From NCBI GenBank assembly GCA_030606485.1, contig JAUWGH010000004.1, positions 150,001 through 182,000 on the forward strand: DNA of 32,000 nucleotides. Reading direction: 5' to 3'. Made by a program: the position numbers and the translations under genes. This DNA comes from Promethearchaeota archaeon. Its GTDB lineage: Archaea > Asgardarchaeota > Lokiarchaeia > Sigyniarchaeales > SOKP01. This document shows positions 1-7,262 of the stretch, piece after piece. How positions within the stretch are numbered: the first letter of the stretch is position 1; every line of letters begins with the position of its first letter. The notes under the pieces were generated by a model, which was given only the letters and a program-made list of their open reading frames with translations, did no database searches and had not been told where the DNA came from.

Positions 1-109
1 GTAGAATAATTACATTCTATGAATTGGCTATTGAATTATATGAATAAATTTCCCAAAAATTAAAAAAAAATAGATAATTCTTAATAATATTATATTAAAA
101 AATTAATGC

Positions 110-180
110 GCGTTCGTTGTATAGAGGTAGTATTCAGGCCTTCCAAGCCTGTGGCCCGGGTTCGATTCCCGGCGGGCGCA
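110..180 (+). tRNA. tRNA-Gly(TCC), no intron, CCA not encoded
   Basis: Acceptor GCGTTCG/CGGGCGC; anticodon arm CAGGC-CT-TCC-AA-GCCTG; T-arm CCGGG-TTCGATT-CCCGG. Confidence 0.96.
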
Positions 181-313
181 TTTTCTTCTTATATTATTAA
201 ATCGTTTAGGGGACAAAACAATTATTACATAATTTTTTAAAATATTTTTAATTAATCAATAAAATATAATAAAAGAATAAATAAAAAAGAAAAATAAAAA
301 AAGAAAAACATAA

Positions 314-416
314 GCCAAGGTGGCGTAGCCCGGTAATGCTGGAGACTCCCAGTGTTGGGTATGAACGCACCAGACTGAAGATCTGGGTATCGCGAGTTCA
401 AATCTCGTCCTTGGCA
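314..416 (+). tRNA. tRNA-Phe(GAA) with a 29-nt D-loop intron
   Basis: Acceptor GCCAAGG/CCTTGGC; anticodon arm CCAGA-CT-GAA-GA-TCTGG; T-arm GCGAG-TTCAAAT-CTCGT. Removing 334-362 restores the D-arm GCGT-AGCCCGGGA-ACGC and a 74-nt tRNA. Confidence 0.95.
334..362 (+). other. tRNA intron at position ~19/20 (BHB motif)
   Basis: Central helix GCCC/GGGT, 3-nt bulges GGT and ATG, inner hairpin AATGCTGG/CCAGTGTT. Confidence 0.85.
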
Positions 417-493
417 TTTAATCTAATTTATTCTTGTCCAAGTTTAAAATAAATACTTAGTATAAATTAAAACAAGTTATAAAAATTAAATAA

Positions 494-1081
494 TTAGAGA
501 TCTACACCAAACTCCTTGAAGAGTTGTTGTATCTCTCGATCTGTAATGAAGCCTTTATGGTCAACGACTTCTTGGATTTTCTTTTGAACACCTTCATAAG
601 TATGTCCGACCGACAGATCAGACATCAGAGTTTTAATTTTATGTCTGAGTTCATTAACTTCATTTGATTTTTCATCTATAATTTCCTTTAATTTTTGTAC
701 TTCTCGATATCTTGATGATGCCTTTTCTTGCAATTCAGATGTATCTTCAGATTCTTTTTTTAATTGCTCTTCCATTTTAGAGATTTTTGCAATAGCATCA
801 TTTAAATCTGATTTAGCTGATTGTATCTCAGATTTAAGTTCAGTTATTTTCTTATCTGAATCATCATTTTCTTCTTTAAGAGCATTCAAACTATTTTCAG
901 TAGATGATAATTTTTCTTTGGTTTCATTTAAATCATTATTAGTTTTTTCTAAATTCATCTTAGCTGCAGAGAGTTGTTTTTCCAGATCATACGTTTTCTC
1001 TCGTAAATTTAATAACATATGACCTTCAATTTTATATTTTTTAGATGGACCCGATTCAATTTTAGGCCATTCAATACTCAT
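494..1081 (-). CDS. Coiled-coil protein, paralog 1 (195 aa), function unknown
   Basis: Heptad-rich rod. Shares the N-terminal W..IE..PSKK.K.EG..LL..R head and the C-terminal KGFITD.[ED]I tail with the two adjacent genes. Confidence 0.85.
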   Translation of the reverse strand: MSIEWPKIESGPSKKYKIEGHMLLNLREKTYDLEKQLSAAKMNLEKTNNDLNETKEKLSSTENSLNALKEENDDSDKKITELKSEIQSAKSDLNDAIAKISKMEEQLKKESEDTSELQEKASSRYREVQKLKEIIDEKSNEVNELRHKIKTLMSDLSVGHTYEGVQKKIQEVVDHKGFITDREIQQLFKEFGVDL

Positions 1082-1202
1082 TTGTAATTTCCCATCTTAA
1101 TATTATTATCAATTTTTTTATAAACGTTATAAAAATATATTAAACGAATTTCTATAAAAGATTAATGAAAAAAATCAAAATAAGATTTTTAAAATTAAAT
1201 TA

Positions 1203-2021
1203 TTAAAGCGATACGTTAAACTCACGAATTAACTTTTCAATTTCCTTGTCTGTAATGAAACCTTTCGAATCAACCACTTCCTGTATTCTGATCTGAACTT
1301 TCTGAAGCGTTTCTCCTACTGATAATTCGGACATTAATGTTTTAATTTTATGGTTAAGTTCATTTACCTCATTTGATTTCTCTTCTAATTCAGATTTTAC
1401 TGCATCTAAATCTCTCTCTTTAGATAATACTTTTTGCCCCAAATCAGATGATTTACCAAAAGTCGATTGTAATTGTTTTTCTAATTCTAAAGTTTTTAAT
1501 TTTGAAGCTTCAAGTTGCTTTTCCAAATCAAAATTTTTATTTCTTGTGTCATGTAATACTGATTTTGTTGATTCTAAGGTAGATTCAAGTTCAGTTGATT
1601 TATTAGTTAAAGCTTGTTTCTCTCCTTTAAATACATTTAAATTTTGTTCAAGAGAATCAATCTTTTCAGACGCTTCATTCAATTGCTGTCCTGTGGAAGA
1701 AAATTTTTCTTGAGTTTCACTTAGACTCTTCTCAGTAGAATTCAACTTTTCGTTTGTTTCATTTAAAATACTTTCAGTACTAACCAATTTTTCATTAACT
1801 TCATTTAAACTCTTTTCAGTTTTAGATAATTTTGTTTCAGTCTCTAATAATTTCGATTTAGTTTCATTTAATTCATCACTTGTTTTTTCTAAACCCGCTT
1901 TAGAAGATGTTAGCTGATTTTCTAAACTAGTTATTTTTTTTCGGAGATCCAAAAGCAAACTCCCATCAACTTTTCTTTTCTTACTTGGATTTGCTTCAAT
2001 ATCTGACCAATCGATGCTAAT
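1203..2021 (-). CDS. Coiled-coil protein, paralog 2 (~272 aa; probable ATT start, 21 codons upstream of the ORF-track start)
   Basis: The frame is open from 1958 up to ATT(2021-2019)-AGC-ATC-GAT-TGG = (I)SIDWSDIEANPSKKRKVDGSLLLDLRKK, collinear with the MSI.W heads of the paralogs. GAGGTG lies 7 nt upstream, and an in-frame TAA two codons upstream excludes an ATG start. Confidence 0.85.
   Translation of the reverse strand: MSIDWSDIEANPSKKRKVDGSLLLDLRKKITSLENQLTSSKAGLEKTSDELNETKSKLLETETKLSKTEKSLNEVNEKLVSTESILNETNEKLNSTEKSLSETQEKFSSTGQQLNEASEKIDSLEQNLNVFKGEKQALTNKSTELESTLESTKSVLHDTRNKNFDLEKQLEASKLKTLELEKQLQSTFGKSSDLGQKVLSKERDLDAVKSELEEKSNEVNELNHKIKTLMSELSVGETLQKVQIRIQEVVDSKGFITDKEIEKLIREFNVSL
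1641..1871 (-). repeat. 11 tandem degenerate heptads (consensus LxxTxxK/S) in paralog 2
   Basis: LNETKSK-LLETETK-LSKTEKS-LNEVNEK-LVSTESI-LNETNEK-LNSTEKS-LSETQEK-FSSTGQQ-LNEASEK-IDSLEQN. Confidence 0.85.
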
Positions 2022-2224
2022 TATTTAACACCTCTAAAATATTGAATTCTAAATTTATTTGTATATTTATCTTTCTATTTTACATTATTATAAATTTAAT
2101 TGTTAAATAAATCATTTTTTTTTATCTCTTTTAAGTATTAGCAATTATGTTTTATCTTAATTTCTCAATTAAATAGTAATAATTAAAAATTAAATAATAC
2201 CCTGAAAAATGAGGGATTTAATTA

Positions 2225-2253
2225 TAAGAGTTGAATAAATTAACCAACTCTTA
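2225..2253. terminator. 9-bp inverted repeat overlapping the stop codon of paralog 3 (possible terminator or processing hairpin)
   Basis: TAAGAGTTG-(11 nt)-CAACTCTTA. Function is not demonstrated. Confidence 0.3.
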
Positions 2254-3066
2254 GAATTCTTTGAAGAGGTCTTCAATATCCTTATCCGTAATAAAACCTT
2301 TCAATTCTGCAAGTTTTTGAATTTTTGCACACAGGCTTGGAAATTTATCTTCATCTGAAAGTTCAGTTTCAAGAGATTGAAGTTTATCGTTGAGTTCATT
2401 TATATTATTAATTTTTTCTTCTAATTCGCCTTTTAAATTTTCAATTTCCTTTTCCTTTGCCGAAATAATTCGCTCGGCATCAGTAACTAAATTGATTTTT
2501 CCTTCAAATTCCTTAAATCTTGTATTAGATTCAGATAATTGTTCTTCTAAATCTGAAATTTTAGTATTACTTTCTTTTAAAGTCAATTCAAGCTCAGAAA
2601 TTTTGTGAATTCCAATATCTTTATCATCCTTAATTGAATTTAATTCTTTTTCAAGAGAATTTATTTTCTCATTTGTTTCACTTAAATTTTGCTCAGTGGA
2701 AGCTAACCATTCATTAGTGGAAGCTAAATTTTTTTCTGTTAATTCATATTTCTCACTTATTTCCTTTAATTTCTTTTCTGTTGTTTCTAATTTCCCATTG
2801 GTTTCATTTAAACTCTCTTCTGTCGAAAATAATTTATCACTAGCCTCACTTAGATTCTTTTTACTTTCCGATAAGTTTTTCTCAGTCAATGATAATTTAT
2901 CCTTGGTTTCAGATAATTCACTTCTCATTTTATTTAATTCTGCATTATTTGAAGTCAACACTTTCTCTAAAGCATTTACCTTCTCTCGAAAATCTAATAA
3001 AATTCGACCCTCAACCTTGAGCTTTTTACTTGGATTGGTTTCAATTGAAACCCAATTAATACTCAT
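2251..3066 (-). CDS. Coiled-coil protein, paralog 3 (271 aa), function unknown
   Basis: MSINWVSIETNPSKKLKVEGRILLDFR head, long heptad rod, KGFITDKDIEDLFKEF tail. Confidence 0.85.
   Translation of the reverse strand: MSINWVSIETNPSKKLKVEGRILLDFREKVNALEKVLTSNNAELNKMRSELSETKDKLSLTEKNLSESKKNLSEASDKLFSTEESLNETNGKLETTEKKLKEISEKYELTEKNLASTNEWLASTEQNLSETNEKINSLEKELNSIKDDKDIGIHKISELELTLKESNTKISDLEEQLSESNTRFKEFEGKINLVTDAERIISAKEKEIENLKGELEEKINNINELNDKLQSLETELSDEDKFPSLCAKIQKLAELKGFITDKDIEDLFKEF
2644..2916 (-). repeat. 13 tandem degenerate heptads in paralog 3
   Basis: LSETKDK-LSLTEKN-LSESKKN-LSEASDK-LFSTEES-LNETNGK-LETTEKK-LKEISEK-YELTEKN-LASTNEW-LASTEQN-LSETNEK-INSLEKE. The DNA has an exact 12-nt repeat, AGTGGAAGCTAA, at 21-bp period. 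Confidence 0.85.
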
Positions 3067-3161
3067 TAAATCACATCAAATTATTTTTAATTATATTGAT
3101 CTATTTTTTTTTTAATCGTTATAAATTTATTTATTTCATTATTCTATATATTTCCAATCCC

Positions 3162-3680
3162 CTAAGTTTTACTGGGATCAAACTTTATATTCATGTTTTT
3201 TTCAAATAACTCACATTTTATAGTTATTGTCGGTAGGTTTTTTATATCTATAACTATATCATGTTTTCCTTTACTTTCTTCAAGCTTTTTCATGTCTGCT
3301 TCCTTTAATTTCAATAATATTGTTAATTTATCTCCTACAGCAACAGTTTGTCCAGCAAGTGCACCATCCAAAATGGAATTGAGTGTATAATTGTTTCCCC
3401 TGAAATAAAAACTTACATTTTCTCTTAAATATTTCATATCATAGATTTCTAAAGGTTCCAAATCGATCATAATTTGTATCATACCAGATAAGTCAGTCGT
3501 TTCTAAGTTAAAACCACCTAAGTCAATCGTTTCAGGGACTGTAAATGGTAAAATCCAATTTATAGCTTGAATTTGAATAGAATCAGATAATCCATCATCA
3601 TTTGTATCTACTAAGTTAATGCATTCTTTCGGGGGAAAGATTTTTTCAATCAAATAGGGAGGAAAATCAATACCTTCCAT
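3162..3680 (-). CDS. Hypothetical protein (172 aa) with a Dx[DN]xDG-type loop
   Basis: ATG-started ORF with typical composition; contains VDTNDDGLSD. No family recognised. Confidence 0.7.
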   Translation of the reverse strand: MEGIDFPPYLIEKIFPPKECINLVDTNDDGLSDSIQIQAINWILPFTVPETIDLGGFNLETTDLSGMIQIMIDLEPLEIYDMKYLRENVSFYFRGNNYTLNSILDGALAGQTVAVGDKLTILLKLKEADMKKLEESKGKHDIVIDIKNLPTITIKCELFEKNMNIKFDPSKT

Positions 3681-3829
3681 TATAATACTACAACCTTTTT
3701 AATATTATAAAAAATTTTATAATATCTTTAAAGTTTCTTGTTATTTATTAATTTCAGACCTTGAAACCTTTGAAATAAAATTGTATTTTTTCAGAAAAGA
3801 AGAAAATAAAAAAGCCAATTGTACTAATT

Positions 3830-4180
3830 TTAAGAAGATGAAACTATGCAATCATTAATTGTAGCGAAAATATCAGAGACATTTATCTGATCATCACATA
3901 ATATAATAATTAAGTGCTCCAAAATTTTCATACTCAAAATATAAAAGTTCTGACTATGAATGAGAGAAAAATCCGGTTTTTCAATCCCAATTTCAGAAGT
4001 TATATCCTCTGACGATTCATACGTCATAGACATATTAATAGCGATTTTTGCCGGATTAAATTCATCCTCATTGATATATGATCTTTCTACCACTCCATTT
4101 TCAGTAGTGATAAGAAGAAAATAAATCCCTGAAAATTTTTGAGTGATATTTTGTATAATTAGATCAAGATCTACACTCAT
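3830..4180 (-). CDS. Roadblock/LC7 domain protein
   Basis: 116 aa with the helix-strand-strand-helix-strand-strand-strand-helix pattern (LLITTENGVV..S; ..IA..MS..YE.SE.I..E.G; SLIHS.NFYIL). Confidence 0.72.
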   Translation of the reverse strand: MSVDLDLIIQNITQKFSGIYFLLITTENGVVERSYINEDEFNPAKIAINMSMTYESSEDITSEIGIEKPDFSLIHSQNFYILSMKILEHLIIILCDDQINVSDIFATINDCIVSSS

Positions 4181-4428
4181 AATGAACTCTATTCTTCTAT
4201 TCTCTTTTTACCTATATATATTTAATTTATCCAATAATAATATTAATAACTAATGTATAAAAATCCAATGAAAAATCCTTCTGTTAATATTTCGACTTTA
4301 ATTTTGATTGCCATATCTCATTAATTTAAATTTAATTGTATTTATTTATCTTAATGGAGGTTTTTTATTATTTTTTCTTTGTAATATTTCAAATTAAAGA
4401 AATATACTTTATTTTATTGAAATTCTAG

Positions 4429-4531
4429 TAGGAACGGAGGGATTTGAACTTTCGGAAAACCCCCGAAACGGGGATCTTTCCCCGACCCTTGGCTCCGAAG
4501 GCCACCGCTCTATCCGCTGAGCTACGTCCCT
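4429..4531 (-). tRNA. tRNA-Arg(TCG) with a ~30-nt intron in the T-stem
   Basis: Acceptor AGGGACG/CGTTCCT; D-arm GCTC-AGCGGATA-GAGC; anticodon arm TGGC-CT-TCG-GA-GCCA. Removing ~4450-4479 gives the T-arm GGGGG-TTCAAAT-CCCTC and a 73-nt tRNA. Confidence 0.92.
4450..4479 (-). other. tRNA intron at position ~52/53 (BHB motif)
   Basis: Central helix TCGG (47-50)/CCGA, 3-nt bulges, inner hairpin AAGATCCC/GGGGTTTT. Boundaries are uncertain by about 1 nt because of the G-runs. Confidence 0.8.
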
Positions 4532-4670
4532 ATAGAATACATATTATTATAAATCTCGATGTAATATATAATATTTTATTAATTTAACAAAAACACTTAA
4601 TCCTTACAATTTTATAAACAATATTATCTAATATTTTTTTAGAAATAATTTTTTGTAAAATGAAGATTCT

Positions 4671-4904
4671 ATGAGCGAAAATGATTCTAAAATTAAGGAA
4701 AAATTAAATAAAAAGGACTTATCGGATTTCTTTATAGCAAAGTCTGGAAAATTAAAGAATGAAGGAGCAACCCAAGATATTCATAAATTAATTCATCCAT
4801 TGAGTTTTAGCTATGATACCAAAAAACACCCAGATATGCAACTAATACCACCATGGTTCAAAAACAAGAAAAACTTAAAAGAATTATATTTCAAATTGAA
4901 ATAA
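4671..4904 (+). CDS. Small hypothetical protein (77 aa)
   Basis: ATG start, fills the gap between tRNA-Arg and a convergent gene. No family recognised. Confidence 0.55.
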   Translation: MSENDSKIKEKLNKKDLSDFFIAKSGKLKNEGATQDIHKLIHPLSFSYDTKKHPDMQLIPPWFKNKKNLKELYFKLK

Positions 4905-4935
4905 GCAAAAAATTTTTAAAAAAAATCATTTCCCT

Positions 4936-5352
4936 TTATTCAAGTATTTTGGATCCAGAATATTTAAGCAGTTTTCCGAGAAGGAGCGCATCTGAAACGC
5001 TTCCAATTATATTTATTTTACCTGCCATATAAGAAATTGCAGGGTCAATTTTTTCTAAAATAAAATCAGTAAGTACTTTCTTAGTCATGAGAATAACTAC
5101 ATCGGGATCCGGATGGATTTTAAATTCATATTCTATCTTACCATTAGAAATATCCACCCAAAAATTAAAATCAACATCACTTAATTTAACTTGAAAAACT
5201 TTTTGAATATCTTTAATAAAATCTATAAAATCAGGATCTGTTTCCGAATATTCTTTATTTAAATTAAGGTAATCTTTAAAATCTCTATCCAAATTAATGT
5301 TTCCTTTTTTGATCTTCTCAATCAAATCTTTTTTGATTTTATTATCAACCAA
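4936..5352 (-). CDS. SCP2 sterol/lipid-binding domain protein
   Basis: DPDVVILMT...IDPAISYMAGKINIIGSVSDALLL is the typical SCP2 C-terminal signature. TTG start. Confidence 0.85.
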   Translation of the reverse strand: MVDNKIKKDLIEKIKKGNINLDRDFKDYLNLNKEYSETDPDFIDFIKDIQKVFQVKLSDVDFNFWVDISNGKIEYEFKIHPDPDVVILMTKKVLTDFILEKIDPAISYMAGKINIIGSVSDALLLGKLLKYSGSKILE

Positions 5353-5694
5353 AATTTATGCACACAACCTTAAATAGATAAAAAACCTCAACGTTTTAAT
5401 AATGCAACTCTCAAATATATTAATTTTTTGGTTTTCCTTTAATTAAATAAAATTGATGCATTCATAAAAGGTTTTTTTAATAAAATATTGCTTTTAAAAT
5501 CGATATAATAAAATGTCAAATACTTGAGGGATTATTAACGAAAAATTGGGAGACCTTCATTATATATATTTGATAATTTCATATTGGTTATTACTAATAT
5601 TAAGTAAAATTATCTTGGGACGTAATAAGTTAGAAAAAATTATTGTCATAGAAAAAAAATAAAGAATTACTTAAAAAAATTGGTGTCATAAAAA

Positions 5695-6102
5695 ATGTAT
5701 AATTCTCTTAAAACATATAATAATAAAATTTATTCTGGTATGAAAATTGGTAATTCTCATCATTGGAATTACAAGAATGGTAAATGGTATGAAATTAAAA
5801 AAACTCCTGAAAGATGGGACTTTAAATTCAATTCCATAAAAACCAGAATCAACCCTGCACCTACCAATACTGGCGCCGCCATCAAAACAAAATTTCATTG
5901 GTATATAATAGCCGACCAAATAGCCACTAAAATAAATAATAATTCCTACATGACTTCCATGAATGGCGTGAAATTTAAACTGGGACATAAACGCCCCCAT
6001 TGGAAAACCTTCAGCTATAATTACCCCAATCAAACTCCATATAAAGAACGTATCATAAACATTCTGGAAGATATCATCAAAAAACTTAAAAATGAAAATT
6101 AA
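5695..6102 (+). CDS. Basic, aromatic-rich conserved hypothetical protein (135 aa)
   Basis: Motifs YSGMKIGNSHHWNY, FHWYIIADQ and KFKLGHKR. I recall a similar small uncharacterised bacterial family, but this is unverified. Confidence 0.75.
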   Translation: MYNSLKTYNNKIYSGMKIGNSHHWNYKNGKWYEIKKTPERWDFKFNSIKTRINPAPTNTGAAIKTKFHWYIIADQIATKINNNSYMTSMNGVKFKLGHKRPHWKTFSYNYPNQTPYKERIINILEDIIKKLKNEN

Positions 6103-6218
6103 AAAGAAATAAATAAACAACTTTTAAAACACAAATCTCCCCCTAAAAACTTGGTCCTAAAATTTCAATAAAATTTTTAAATTTTTTACTATTTATTATA
6201 TTATAATTTTTTACTATT

Positions 6219-6326
6219 GCCCCTATAGTGTAGCCCGGTCTTCGTAAACTCGATAATGAGTTCCGGCCGAGAGCATTCGGGACTGTCACTCCTGCGACGC
6301 GGGTTCAAATCCCGCTGGGGGCGCCA
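6219..6326 (+). tRNA. tRNA-Asp(GTC) with a 30-nt D-loop intron, CCA encoded
   Basis: Acceptor GCCCCTA/TGGGGGC-G-CCA; anticodon arm CGGGA-CT-GTC-AC-TCCTG; T-arm GCGGG-TTCAAAT-CCCGC. Removing 6242-6271 gives the D-arm GTGT-AGCCCGGTCTA-GCAT. Confidence 0.95.
6242..6271 (+). other. tRNA intron at position ~20b/21 (BHB-like)
   Basis: Central helix CGGT/GCCG, bulges CTT and AGA, inner hairpin AACTC-GATAAT-GAGTT. Confidence 0.75.
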
Positions 6327-6462
6327 ATATTTTTCTTAGATTGATATTTATCTTAGTTTATCTAATACCTATAAAAGAAAAAAAAATAAATTTAAATTAA
6401 TTTGGAAAAAAAAAGAAAAGGAAATTTTTTGTGTTACCTTATTAATTTACTTAAAGCTAAGC

Positions 6463-6897
6463 CTATAATTCGTCAAATAGATCTTCTGCAATTTCCATGG
6501 AAAGTTCAATAATCTCTTGGAAAAACATGGCATCTTGAAGATTTCCCTCAACAGTTATATCTCCCGCCATGTATGCACTGGTGGCATCAACTTCCCCGAA
6601 GAGCATCCCAATTCCGATTTTTTTAACTGCACTAAACGTGAATGTGGGATCTTCAACCATACCTTCGCCCCAGGTCATCTTTCCCTCCTCTACCTTTAAC
6701 CAATACTTATTATCAGCGTCCGTTAAAACCATTTGTACTCGGACGGTCGCATCGGCAATTTCATCTTGAATTTCTTCGTTCTCATTTGCTAGATCTACGA
6801 AAAAATCCCAGACAACAGGGATAGCATCAACGTCAGCTGCGTCAGCACCGGCTTCCATAAGGCTCTTCAATTTTACAAGTTTTTCTTTATCAACCAT
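6463..6897 (-). CDS. SCP2 sterol/lipid-binding domain protein
   Basis: YWLKVEEGKMTWGEGMVEDPTFTF...GEVDATSAYMAGDITVEGNLQDAM is a classic SCP2 signature. Confidence 0.92.
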   Translation of the reverse strand: MVDKEKLVKLKSLMEAGADAADVDAIPVVWDFFVDLANENEEIQDEIADATVRVQMVLTDADNKYWLKVEEGKMTWGEGMVEDPTFTFSAVKKIGIGMLFGEVDATSAYMAGDITVEGNLQDAMFFQEIIELSMEIAEDLFDEL

Positions 6898-7262
6898 TTT
6901 TTTAACACTTTTATGAATAATTTTTTTAACAATTTAATTTTCAAAAATAAATTGATTTTAATTGTTACAATTTTAATTTTTGATTGATTGATTTAAAACT
7001 TTTTTGTTCTTTTATTTAGCTATTTTGGATTAAGTTGTTTGCTTAAAAATTTTATTAAAATCTGAGTGGTTAATTTCAAATAATATATTGATTTTTAGAA
7101 AAATTTGTCGAATAAATGAATATAATTTTGATATAATAACTTAAAACGAATAATTAAGCTTACATTTAGCATTTTTTTCTTTATATATGTTCTTTTTATT
7201 TATGATTTATAGGATTTAAAACAACCCGTCTCAAATTTTAAGAACATAGTAATAAAAAAAAT

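Noticed and set aside
494-3066. Calling the coiled-coil trio (or the 848-aa protein) SMC/chromosome-partition proteins
   Set aside because: No Walker A/B, signature or hinge motifs. Any SMC similarity would come from coiled-coil composition alone.
2390-3390. Plus-strand ORFs 2390-2608, 2696-3115 and 3193-3390
   Set aside because: Antisense shadows of the coiled-coil and 172-aa genes. Their Ser/Phe/Leu-rich translations mirror the E/K-rich sense codons.
5686-6120. Minus-strand 144-aa ORF
   Set aside because: Fully overlaps the plus-strand 135-aa ORF, which has family-like motifs. Treated as a shadow.
6517-6824. Three short plus-strand ORFs
   Set aside because: Antisense to a clear SCP2 gene.
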